64,000 nucleotides of DNA from Octopus sinensis (Eukaryota): assembly GCF_006345805.1 (NCBI RefSeq), contig NW_021832374.1, forward strand, positions 124,001 through 188,000, read 5' to 3'. How positions within the stretch are numbered: the first letter of the stretch is position 1; every line of letters begins with the position of its first letter. Shown in pieces: positions 39,603 through 51,581 of this stretch. The notes beneath the pieces were generated by a model. It was given only the letters and a program-made list of their open reading frames with translations. It was not told the origin of the DNA and did not search any database. Both the position numbers and the translations under genes were made by a program.

Positions 39603-41956
39603 AAGAATTTGAAATTTTATTATTTTATCATTTATTATGATTTATTCCTTCAAAGTCAATTTTTATATTATGTTAAACAAAATTTCAAGGACAATTCCAA
39701 CTCAACCACACGAAAGTAACATTTCAAATTGTCTACATAATTGTTAGTCCAGAATGAATAATATTGTTACAATAATGACTATTGAAAACAGATAATAATT
39801 TGTTCTAAATAATCTAGTTCTGTAAAAGCTACGATATTTCTTTTTGACATTATTTATCCAATCAGTTTGCTTAAATGCAAACGGTGGTAACAGATTGGAC
39901 TAATGGGTTTTTAATGTATTCGACTTTTTAATTCCATATTGGCGACATAGATGGAAATGAAAGCATTTGACAAGTTTGTTATGGCGTCTAAGGTAGGGGC
40001 CGTTAAGCATTCGCCCACATCTGATAGCAAGCTGATCGAAGGTCTTTTTGGATGAGTTGCAGTGGCTGCACTTATTCTCCTCGTTACTGAAAAACTCTCA
40101 TTTCCTTGTTGAAATCCGGTTTGATTGACTATTTAACAATAACGTAATAACGTAATATTATTATATTCCTCTTCCAAATATTCTATGTCATCATTTTTGC
40201 AATAACAATGATTCTAGTTCCTCCTCTGATGTTTCAATAGGATATTTTATGCCCATAAATAGATTAAATGGGACTTTTTTGTGGTGGAATGGACAGTATT
40301 GTTATAATCAAAAACAATGTCTTTGATTATATCGCAATAGCGTCCAAAACATTCATCAGAGTAACTTTTAGATGAAATCCATCTTTTGATACTCTGATTT
40401 AGTCTAAAGAATAATGTTATCTTACAACCTTTCCACCTGTCCCTGTACCCAAGGAGCCCTTGGTCGTCCACGGACATGTTTAATTTTGTACTTTTCACAT
40501 AAACGGGCGACATGGTCATTGCAAAATTCTTTACCATTGTCTGTATGCAAGATCAATGGTGGCCCAATATAATAAAAGATGTTCTGAAATAACGAAGCAA
40601 TTTCATGAGCTCTTTTGGTAAAAGATAACTCAACTATCGCGAATTTCGAAAAGAATCGACAATTACAAGAATCTAATCTTTATATAGCCAAAAGTACCCA
40701 GTTTAAGAATCATTAATATCTGAATATCTCCTTAGGTCCACTAAATCGGCGATATACCGATCGCGACTCCGCCTTGCAATGATCGGCGTAACTGGGGGTT
40801 TAGTAGCCAATGATTTTTTTGACTAAAAAATTAATAAAAAAAACTTAAAACCTGGCAAGGAATACATCGTTTTATGACACGATTGATCTCTGCACGTGAT
40901 ATTCCGTGGTATAAGCGCGCCAATTTTGAAAACAACCGGTCTCGACCAAATGATTCAAATTATGTTCAGCCATTGAAATAAACATTTATTATGCAAACTT
41001 CAATATATTTATCTTTAAGTTCAGCTTCATCGCTGCAGAAAAATCTTAATTTAAGTCCATCTTTAGTGATATATGGAGCTCCATCCAAAAATCAAATTTA
41101 TTTGCTAATTTCAGTAGTCTTGATCTTTGCATCCGCGAAAGCGTCCTGCTGACGAATACGAGCTCAGGATTGCTCTTAAGTTCCTTAAGTAATTCTAAGT
41201 CTTCCTTTGTTACTTGCACTAAACGCATTTTTAACGTGTATTTGTAATTTAAAAAAACATCAATATTTTTTAAAAATTTATAAGTTTTCTTTGATTTCAT
41301 AGAAATATACCAAAGGATTCATGTTTTAAGTTTTTTCCAACTTGACAATTTGATGTTGGTGTAACATATCTGGCGGAGTAACAGTTGTGGCCTGTGACAA
41401 AGAATTTGAAATTTTATTATTTTATCATTTATTATGATTTATTCCTTCAAAGTCAATTTTTATATTATGTTAAACAAATTTCAAGGACAATTCCAACTCA
41501 ACCACACGAAAGTAACATTTCAAATTGTCTACATAATTGTTAGTCCAGAATGAATAATATTGTTACAATAATGACTATTTGAAAACAGATAATAATTTGT
41601 TCTAAATAATCTAGTTCTGTAAAAGCTACGATATTTCTTTTTGACATTATTTATCCAATCAGTTTGCTTAAATGCAAACGGTGGTAACAGATTGGACTAA
41701 TGGGTTTTTAATGTATTCGACTTTTTAATTCCATATTGGCGACATAGATGGAAATGAAAGCATTTGACAAGTTTGTTATGGCGTCTAAGGTAGGGGCCGT
41801 TAAGCATTCGCCCACATCTGATAGCAAGCTGATCGAAGGTCTTTTTGGATGAGTTGCAGTGGCTGCACTTATTCTCCTCGTTACTGAAAAACTCTCATTT
41901 CCTTGTTGAAATCCGGTTTGATTGACTATTTAACAATAACGTAATATTATTATATT
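39603..41956 (+). repeat. Near-identical ~560-bp direct repeat (39603-40167 and 41400-41956) flanking a Ginger fragment
   Basis: Copies differ mainly by single-base indels and an 8-bp AACGTAAT duplication. Each holds a minus-strand R4/NeSL-like fragment (KTFDQLAIRCGRMLNGPYLRRHNKLVKCFH). Confidence 0.95.
40168..41399 (-). mobile_element. One-ended Ginger-type integrase transposon fragment
   Basis: Terminus TGTCACAG (ends at 41399) like the 6878-8650 element. Degenerate PPVTPIIARRSRDRYIADLVDL, IVDSF and YNNTVHSTT. Other end truncated within the coding region. Confidence 0.75.
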
Positions 41957-42224
41957 ATAATTGACTATATAATGAATGTAAGTTTGTAATTTTTACCAAT
42001 TTTATCTGGAATAGTCTCACATTACTAACTATGTTCTTCATTAATTATTCTGACCTTTGTGTAAATGTTCCTGAGAGTTTTATCATGTCACCAACAAAAA
42101 TATCCAAAAATTCTTAATTTCTATTATTCTAATTCCTTATAAACAAACATACCTAACATTTGAAATACAAATACTTACATGTTGTTTAACATATTTAAAG
42201 TCATCAAACATGTTTTTTGATAAC

Positions 42225-45200
42225 TGAATGAATGAATGAATGAATTTTTATTAACGGAAAAGCCAAAAAAGAGGGAGAAAGTTAATGAACAACGTATGCC
42301 TCTTCTTCGTTGTTTCCCTCTTTTTTTTTTTTTTTTTAATATTTAATTCGAGAGGAAAAGGCTCTCTCAAGAACACTTCCAACCGTTTCCGTCGCGTCTT
42401 CCATCACTTGAGGGATGGGTTGGTCCAACTGGAGTCCATTTGCCAATTTGATGGCATATCGCCTCGTCTTTTCGAGCTTAGCGATAATGCCATCCCTTTC
42501 AGCAGTAGGATACCATCCCTCGAACCGTAGGTAAGCAATGGTTCGACGCACGTTTTATAAACATATAAAAACGTTTCCGGGGAAAGGTGGAAGTGAATTA
42601 TGCTCCTGAGAATTTGAGCGCATTTCCTTCTCCTCGAGTCGATGTATCTGAAGTAAGAACCCTTGGATCCAACTTCAACCCCAAGGTATTTCAGGTTCTC
42701 CGTTACTGTAAACCCATAGAGGTTTCTCGGCGGTTTTCGTTTTGCTCCCTGTTTTGCAATCCAAGTGGCGGTGCACTTTTCTTTTGCAAGCGTCAGTCCT
42801 TTTGATATGCACCATTCTTCCACTCTTGTCACGTATCCTTTTAACTTCCTCCACGAGATGTCTTTTCTCCACGAAGCATCCGTTATTAATATGTCGTCCG
42901 CGTAGATCATGAGACGACTGGTAGGATCTTTCGGTTTTGGAATATCAGCAACGTAAATATTAAAAAGCAGGGGGCTCAAGACCGAGCCTTGAGGTACCCC
43001 TCTTTTGAGATCGACAGATTCCGACAAACGGTTTCCGCATCGTATGTATGACCTTCTCATTGATAAATAGCTCTTCAGCCAATTGACCGTTTTAGACCCG
43101 GGTTTGCTCTTGGCGACACTTTCCAAGAGGCCCAGGTGCCATACGCTGTCAAAAGCTTTTGAGACATCGAGGCAGATAGCAATAGTCGCTGTATTATTAG
43201 CAAGACTAAGCGAGATGACTTTCTCGAGTTCTCCGAAACAATCACCACAGGATCTTTTTCGTCGGAATCCCCACTGCTCTACTGCAAGTGCACCTGATTC
43301 CTCTACGAAGTTCGAAAGTCTTGTGAAGACAATCCGTTCCATAATTTTAGAGACGGAGCATATTAGGCTTATCGGCCTATAGTTCTCTGCATGGTCCTTT
43401 ATTTTTCCAGGCTTTGGAATCATACGTACGATTGACTTTTTCCAAGAGTCCGGTACGTATCCAAGTCTCCAGCTTGCATTGTATAGTGCGGTCAGTATCG
43501 TAGGATAATATTTGGAGCATGTTTGAATACAGAAATTGGAATGTAGTCATGGCCGGGTGCATTATTCTTGCAGCTCATAATTGCGGCATACGTTTCTTCC
43601 AACGTTATGTCTCTGCACAGTGGTCCCGTATGACTCAAATTAGCTCTTAGACTTCTCTGAGCCTCACATATAACTTCTTTCGGAACCATGTCGATCGGAT
43701 CCACCTCTTGAACTTTTGCCAGTTGACTTCGCAGATGTGAGGGAACTTCATCGAGCGGGATATCTATTCCTTCAGTTGTTTTTAGTCGGATCTCTTCTCC
43801 TTTGTTCTCCATATTACTCAGTCTGTTGAAAACCTTCCAAAAATGAGGGTTTTTCTTATTCAGTTTCGAGCATTGACTCTTCCAAGCAAGGTCTGAATGT
43901 TTTTTTGCGACATCATTTATCTCTATTTTCACGGTACGAATCTTATCCCGAAGACGAATACGATCTATGGGGTCACTGCATCGTCTTAGCTTCTTTTCAA
44001 GGTTTCCCTTCCATTTTATAAGTTTTCCCAAAGATTCGTCAATCCGGGTTTTTCTGTTAGTATTTGACATGATGTATTTCCTGATTGAAGATTTTCGGAG
44101 AAAGTCCAGTATAGCTTCTCTGAGAATTTTATCAGTTTTTCAATTTGTATATTCGAAGGGATGTTTTGTATTGGATACGGTGTCAAATGCTTTTTCATTG
44201 ATACCTCAAGGTCCGACCAGATTGTCCGAGACGTATCGTATCCGATAAACAGATCTTCGCATATCGTAGATGATGTTCGCATACACAAGGATTGAGGTAG
44301 GTGATCACTACCAATGTTTATCTCAATCCTTGGTATGCTGCATTGATGAACAAGATCTGCCGATACGAGGAAAACTCCAATACAATCCTCTCCATAACAA
44401 GAGAAGTGGTTTGGTTCTCGTGAGGTCAAAACACTAAAACCGCAGTTCTCCGATAATCTGAGGAGTATATTACCGTCCGAATTTGTGTTGGCACATCCGT
44501 ACGATGTGTGTTTTGCGTTAAGGTCTCCTATTAGAATTCCTCTATCATTGTTCTGGAAAAATTCTTCAATAAGATTTTGATAATTCTTCATTGCTTTGGA
44601 GTACATAGCTCCGACAGATATCCATCCAAGGGATGTTAGTAGTTTCAATGTAATCAGTTCGCACAAATTTTGTTCGACGATTTTCAAGTCCTCACCATCA
44701 GATTGTCTTTATAATATATGGATGTCCCAGTGCCAGCCACTGCGTCAGGTCGCCATGGGATATCAATCGACTGAAAACCATGGATTTTATGATGCTGATT
44801 TCCCTTAAGCTTCGTTTCATAACAACCAATATGTCCATGTTTACCGAGCTAACCAAGTAGGTTAGCTCCGTAGCCCGTTTCCGAATGACCGGGCGTTGAT
44901 AAGCGTAAAAACGCTCATCTCGTCAAGTTTTGGTGACTGTCCTCCATAACGAGCGCCACCAGTTCCAGTAAATTTTTAAACGTTTTTTTAGTCGTCGTTT
45001 TCGATTTAAGATGGAGGTCCTCCAGTTTTGCTTTTAAATGTTCATTGCATTTGTCTTTCATCTGCCACCTGTATGTTGCATGGTGGTGTCCCGGGTTTGA
45101 TTTGGAAGTGTCCCCGAGTTCATGCCTTTTTTGGGTTGAGTCATATATTCGGGTGTGTTTACGCCTTGTTCCAACTTTAATTTTGGTTTTTGCGTAGATA

Positions 45201-45420
45201 TAGTGGGTGTCGCAGTTTTCAAAGTGTTTGACATGGATTCAGAGATATCGTCAGTCTGAACCTCAGCATCCACGAATTTTGTACTTTTATTAAAGTTCCA
45301 TCCTTTCCAGGTATTTTGTACTTTCACGTTTCCTGTTTCAGTTTTGATCGTTTTTCAGTTTTGATCGTTTTATCGCTGGTTTTTGATAACTATTACAGGT
45401 TTTACAAAGTAATTTTATGT
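42225..45420 (-). mobile_element. Near full-length degenerate APE-RT LINE (Jockey/L2-like)
   Basis: Endonuclease 44016-44687 (IGDLNAKH, GSDHLP) and RT 42404-44070 (YRPISL, LDVSKAFDSVWH, GVPQGSVLSPLLFNIY, YADD, KYLGV) broken by frameshifts. (TTCA)5 tail at 42225-44; 5' limit approximate. Confidence 0.92.
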
Positions 45421-45499
45421 ACGTTCGTTAAATTCACAATAACAAAAAATATAACATTTTTAATAATCAAAAAGTGAGTGACTCGATCTCATTTAACCC

Positions 45500-46015
45500 A
45501 TTGTCCAAAGGACCCATTGAATCACACTTTCTCCACTTGAATATACTCCTCCAACAAGTCATCATTCTGGTCGGAGATAAACCACGGCTAAACACAGTAT
45601 CTAAGAAAAAACACCTTCTTTTCAATCTCGAACACTCCATTGTACTTCTTAATCGTAGTCTCTATTTGCTCTATGTAGTCCTGAATCATTTTCTTGGGTT
45701 GAGGGGACATTCTGTTGCAGATTACTTATTGGAGAACTCTTCTCTCATCATCCGACAGATCACATTGCCCTAACAGGCTAAGGTCCTTTCCTATCTTAAT
45801 TTTTAATCACAAACCAGGAACTTCGAGTCATCAAATCTTTTTGATGACTCATTTGTGAACGACCCATATTCTCTTTTTGGATAACTCACTTAGAATAATC
45901 ATTCCTTCAATATCGTATTCTAGAAGGTTGACTTTGACTCCAAAGTTGTCAATATTCAAGATTTTTATCATCACTGGGTCATTTTCGTTCGGGAATTGCT
46001 GTTCATAAAATCGAC
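45500..46015 (-). pseudogene. Internally deleted eIF2-alpha-like pseudogene
   Basis: RFYEQQFPNENDPVMIKILNIDNFGVKVNLLEYDIEGMIILSELSKKRI matches the eIF2-alpha S1 domain. Later blocks DLSDDERRVL*VICNRMSPQP and IETTIKKYNGVFEI match downstream eIF2-alpha segments. In-frame stops present; no start codon found. Confidence 0.75.
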
Positions 46016-46177
46016 GATTGTATTTTAATTAAAAGTTAAATTAACCCCGCAGATATTCAATTAATACCTTATTAATTAACTCAACTAAAAACTTTAATTA
46101 AAAAATTAAACTATTTTTCAAGATTTAATTCAAAATTAGCATTAAAATTAAATTTTTGTTTGTTTTTATGCCTAATA

Positions 46178-46890
46178 TGAAAAGAAAGGTTGACCGCGAA
46201 TGTCGTGTATTCAATAAATTATGAAAAATGAAATATTTTTTTGTGAAAGATGAATTAAAGCAGAAAGCTTATTGTTTAATATTCCACGAACATCTCTCTG
46301 TTATGAAGGAGTATAACATTAGAAGTCACTATGAGACGAATCATTTTCCGATATATTCCAAGTACACTGGAAAGCTACGTGAGGATAGAGTTGAATCACT
46401 GAAGCCCACTTTACAAGTTAAATCACTGAAGGCTTTGAAAAAAATTTTGAAAATAATGAAAATGTAACAAGAGCTGGATACAAAATAACGAAAATTATTT
46501 TACAACACGGAAAACTCTTTAGTGATGGGATGTATATCAAAAATTGTATTATTAAAACAGTTAATTGTTTGTGCTTTATAAATTTGTGAAAAGACAAGTG
46601 GTATTCTGTTGCATTGGATGAGTCAGTTGACATTCCGGGAACATCGCAACTTTTTATTTTTATTCGTTGAGTTGATGAGAGTATTTCCATAACTGAAGAA
46701 CTGGCATTTGTATGTTCTATTCATGGAACAACCACTGGAAAAGATATTTTTAATGAATTGGAACAAACTATAAGTGACTATAACGTTGAATGGAAGAAAT
46801 ATGTTACGATTGACGGGGCAAAGAATATCGCTGGTTCTAAAAAGGGTCTAGTTGGGCAAATAATTAATAAGTTGGAGGAATTACATAAAA
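46178..46890 (+). mobile_element. hAT (GTF2IRD2-like) transposase N-terminal fragment
   Basis: KRKVDRECRVF, YFFV...CLI...SVMKEYNIRSHYETNH, SVALDES and HGTTTGKDIF remnants with stops; no TIR found. Confidence 0.8.
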
Positions 46891-47094
46891 GTTTCTGAGA
46901 CTAAAGAATTTTGCAATGAAGATGCTTTCAACTTACCAAAATGAGCAAACGTTTTCGAGAATGAAATATGTTAAGTCTGCCCATTGTGGCTTTTTTGTTG
47001 TGATTGTTTGAAGCAAGATAATAATTGTTTCTAAATCATCTAACCCTTGTAAAAGTCTGGAACCAGTCCTACGATATTTATTTTTGACATTATA

Positions 47095-47420
47095 CACTCC
47101 ATGTAATGAAAAACCAGATTTTCGAATGCTTAATTTTTTTGATATTCTGTTTTTAATTTTAGACTTTTTTTAATTTATAATGATAATTTTCGTAACTTTT
47201 CTTTTTATAATTTTTCAATAATCTTTTTGTACAGCTAAACTGACTATATAAATTTTTTCTGTGTACAAAAAACCGGATTAGAAAAAAGTCAAATGATTAA
47301 TAATTAATGTGTCCTCCGTGTGCTTTATAAAGCTCAATGCTTCTTCTTGGCATGCTTTCAGTTAATTTTCTCAAAAATTCCATTGGTATTTTGTCCCAAA
47401 TTTTTATGATATTTTCGCAT
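47095..47420 (-). mobile_element. Tc1 3'-end fragment
   Basis: WDKIPMEFLRKLTESMPRRSIELYKAHGGH* plus TA-CACTCC terminus at 47093-47100. Confidence 0.55.
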
Positions 47421-47499
47421 AAATCCAATCAGTTTGCTTAAATGCAAACTAAAACTCAGCAATCCACCCTGCAGTGATAACAAACGCAAAAAATAAAAA

Positions 47500-47990
47500 A
47501 TACAAAACCAATTACCGGTGAGTATTTCAAGAAATTCAGAGAAGGGGGACTGATTATTAGACATCTTCCGTCAAATTCTTGACGCAAATACTCGTTTTTG
47601 ATGATGGTGAAAAGTTCGAGGTAACTCGGAATCCACATCGAGAAGAAGATCGCTACATCGACCCGAGGACCAATAAATCCTTTGTTGATTCGACGAGTCG
47701 TGTAGTTTGGACGTGCATTGAAGACAAGCAACGTGAGGACAGACACTCGTGAGGTAACGGGGTCGTACAATTCACAACTTTTAAAACTCCTGGACGAGTA
47801 TGTTGACGATTTTTACCCACGGGACAATTTTTTTAGTCGAGGACAGTTCGGAAGGGAATATCAATTTGAAATTATGTATCGAAAGCGACTTTTTTAAGAA
47901 TCCAATATGACGTAATCCATTCGTTTATTCCCTCAAGAAATGGTCAATATTTGTTCGTTGGTGGCCTTAATTGTTACCAATATTAAAATG
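47500..47990 (-). mobile_element. PIF/Harbinger-like transposase remnant
   Basis: Frameshifted KNCPV, FDGRCLII and NYTTRRINKG segments resembling Harbinger DDE proteins. Confidence 0.45.
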
Positions 47991-48199
47991 GCTAAAGTTT
48001 CAGGATCAAATAAATGATAATTTTAATTTCCGAGACAACATTTCGTGATATTCGAAGGTAGTTTGTCCATTACAAAGTCGTTGATAAACTGGAACAAGAT
48101 TGTTGGCCACAAAATGGTTGGGGAACTTAAAAAATAATTTCAACGTTCTCATTTTATTTAACGGATTTAATTTATTGGAATAAATCTTAAACATAAAGG

Positions 48200-48815
48200 A
48201 TATTGCAAGGAGAAAAATGCTGGCATCTGCAGCAATGCACAAACATTGGAAGGAATGGCTATCATTGAATCAGCAAATGTTCAATTTGGAACAAGACTTT
48301 ACAATGCCTTTGTGAGATCCGTGTTAATGTATAACTCCTCCACTTGGGGTTGCACAGATACGGAACTGACAAGTCTTAATAGTTTCCACAGAGGATAATT
48401 GAGAAAACTGTTCAAAATGCAGTGACCCTATAGAATATCCAGGGAGTCGTTATACAGAAAGTGTACTAAAAGGCCGCTTTGCATTGACATTGCTGATTCC
48501 CGCTGAAAGCTATTTGGACACATATTGCGAATGGAGCACTCTGCACCCGCAAATACGGTGATGGAGGATTTCTTCCAATGCGAAAACCACGCTTCCGGAG
48601 ACGCCCACGCACTACGTTACCTGTCGTTCTGAACGCAGACCTGGCCCAAATCAAATCCTGTCTCAAGACCGGTGATGACTTGGACAGGCTGCGATTCACA
48701 GCGCTTAACCAAGGAAAATGGAGAAGACTCGTTACTAACATTGTTTTGGATGTTGCACAAGTGGGACTATAATTATTATGGCCTTACAATAAATGCGTTA
48801 ATAATAATAATTATA
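48200..48815 (+). mobile_element. RTE-clade LINE 3' fragment
   Basis: RLYNAFVRSVLMYNSSTW...LNSFHR, FGHILRM, ALNQGKWRRLV, ending in a (TAA)n tail. Confidence 0.75.
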
Positions 48816-48920
48816 AAATGGTTTCTTAACATACTCAATTTCAAAAAATAAGCAACACTAAAATTACGTAGATCTTTGTATTATTGTAAAGTAATTTGTA
48901 GTTAAAAATCAAATACAAAA

Positions 48921-51581
48921 TTAATTATTTATAGACGAATTGCCGGTCGATTCCAACAAAGAAGTCAAATAATGATTACAAATAACATCGACAGGAGGCA
49001 ACATGTGAGATGCAAAGGTCATCATCTAAACTAATAGTAAAATCCATACATATTCAGAAAAATGAGTCTGATCATGTAAAGAAACAATCTTTTTCTTGAT
49101 TACAGGTTTATAATCTTGTTCGCTTTTGAGATAACTCGAAAGAGGACCCAAAACACTGTTCTCTGGGAACAATCCATCACTCCCAACTGAAGCGGAATTC
49201 ACATAAGAATTTCTTTTATGAATAACTTTCAAATTTTGTTTCTTGTCGATAACAACAACCGACCAATCATATTTTTCTGTTATAAACAAAGCTGCAACAT
49301 GAATATTTATATTGCCAGCTACAATCAACCTTGTCTTTGTAAGCCCATCAAACAATTCAACTAACAATAAAGCATTAGTCACAACCATTTCCGTTTGAAA
49401 GAAACATGGCAAAGTGATCCAATTTGCTGTTTGTAGCCACGCACTTGACATTGTTTTCAAAAATAGAGTAAAAAACTGTGATATATAACAAATTAGAATA
49501 CTTTCATCTTTAAGAACGTCAACAAGAAGAAGATTCAAATCCTCAGTAACACAAACAAGTAATCTTCGACATCTCTCACCGCAAAATTCGGCTTGTCTAG
49601 TAAACAATAATAACATAAATATACTTTATTCTATTATATTTTGAAAGACAGTCAATATGAGGAAGAATGGAAAAATTCAAGGTATCCCACAACAAAATTC
49701 TGTTGCAATATGGTTTGGCAAACAGAGTTAGAAATATAGAAAAATCTGCAGAGACCGCGATATTTAGAATGGGAAACTCAATTTCAAGTTCTTTGTAACA
49801 AAACCAATTATTTTCTTTTAAAAACATTTAAAAAGTGTAAATACCAGAATCAAGTTGCCATATTTTAACACAGGTTAATAAACGAGTACAAATTCTTCTC
49901 TCATTGATGTTCAATAATTGTGTAATTGGTGTAGATTCATCAACAAAAAAGTCCAAATCAAACCTATTTTTACTAATAAGAATATAACTCTGTTTTGGAT
50001 TTTTTGCATTTCCAGAATTTCAGTCGGCACTCCTTAGCTATGTGTGATAACTCAGAAGTGATCAGCCACTGGTCATCTTCATTTATCTCTACAAGAACGG
50101 CCGCAGTGATGTCTGGGAAATCAGAAACGAGTTCATCATCAGTAGCCGCCACATAATTCTGTCTCACAACATCAACCTAATTAATAACAAACAATATTTA
50201 ACCTGAAATAGTGGCTTACAATCGTCCAAAGACAGAAATTGAACATGTCCAATACGCCCATTTGTCATGAAAGAATTTCCATTAAATCCTGACACCAATC
50301 CGACAGGATAATCCCAATTTTTGTAGTCTTCCTTCCCGCCTGTATACCACTGACAGAAAAACTGATTTATGGAATGTTTGATAATTTTATTGCTGTCAAG
50401 AATAGTGATCGCTATAATATTAATTGAAATAAACTATTGTCGGAATGAAGAAGGCATATGTTGTGCGAATCAGGTGCGATTGATATTTGTCGAATTGGAG
50501 AGGACAATCGAGGGACAAAATCATTTGTACATTCATCGACCCTCCACTTTACCATCACACATTCACCTCCACCCGATATCATAAATAACCCTTTAAATCA
50601 TAATTTTCAAACAAAATTGTCAATATTTAAATATTTATGTAAAACCAGCTAAGTTTAGAAAATTTTCTAACCATTCGGCGAAAAATCAATCGAAATTTTG
50701 CCTCGAAAATGCCAGAACAATTCAGAACGAGAATATTTCAAGTTTTCCCCCAAATTTGAAATTATCAGAATCTTCCGCTCTCAAACCCAACTGCAATTGA
50801 ATCACATATAACTGGATGAGCCTTTACAGAACAAACATTCTCAGATTTATTAAATTTCACTCTATTTCTCTAAAAAAATATCCTACCTTGTTATGACAGA
50901 AAGTTTCACGGAGTCAAAAACACGAATTAAGTGACGACTTGCAATGACAAGATTAGAATTGTTAAGTAATTCTAAAAAGTGAGTTTCCCCTTCTAATTCT
51001 AGTTTATTTCCACGTTCAAAAATAGAATTGTCAAAAAGGTTGAAAGTCTGCAGATAAAATTGTTCTATTTTATTATTTGACAAATAAAACCTGCTTTTTT
51101 AAATAGTATTGCTATTTTTATTGGAAATGTATTTTTTAAATTTGTGATATTTGAAATGACGGAAAACGACTGAATCATTTCTCCAAATTTATATTCCTTA
51201 AAAAGTTGATAAAAACCACAAACTAAAATTATTTTGTTTCGATCGTAATTCCATATGAATAAGTTTCCATTACAATCCGAGGAAATCAGCTAAATAAATT
51301 AATAATAAAATATAACTTCATAATCCTGATATTGGCTAATAAACGTTATCGGGGCTGTGTGAATAGTATTTTTATAAATACAAATTCCAGACAGGACTGA
51401 ATATACGTGGATCTCACACCCACAGACAACAAACAGTAACCTTAATTAAATTTTGTAGGTAAGTTAGTACTTTGAATCGTGAGAAAATGCTGGTTTTACA
51501 TCAAAATTGTTGGGAGTATTTATTACTTCGGTGCAGTAATTATTCTAACTCTTAGTTTATAATAACAACCAGTAGAGACAT
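48921..51581 (-). CDS. WDR75: WD-repeat SSU processome t-UTP protein WDR75/UTP17 (multi-exon)
   Basis: PAFSHDSKLLFVVCGCEIHVYS, FVPRLSSPIRQISIAPDSHNICLLHSDNS, NGRIGHVQFLSLDDCKPLFQVDVVRQNYV, QWLITSE, and C-terminal ASHMLPPVDVIC, colinear with WDR75 as recalled. Confidence 0.8.

Noticed and set aside
39603-41956. LTR retrotransposon or TRIM with 560-bp LTRs
   Set aside because: The repeats lack TG..CA ends, PBS and PPT, contain LINE debris, and the interior has its own Ginger-type terminus.
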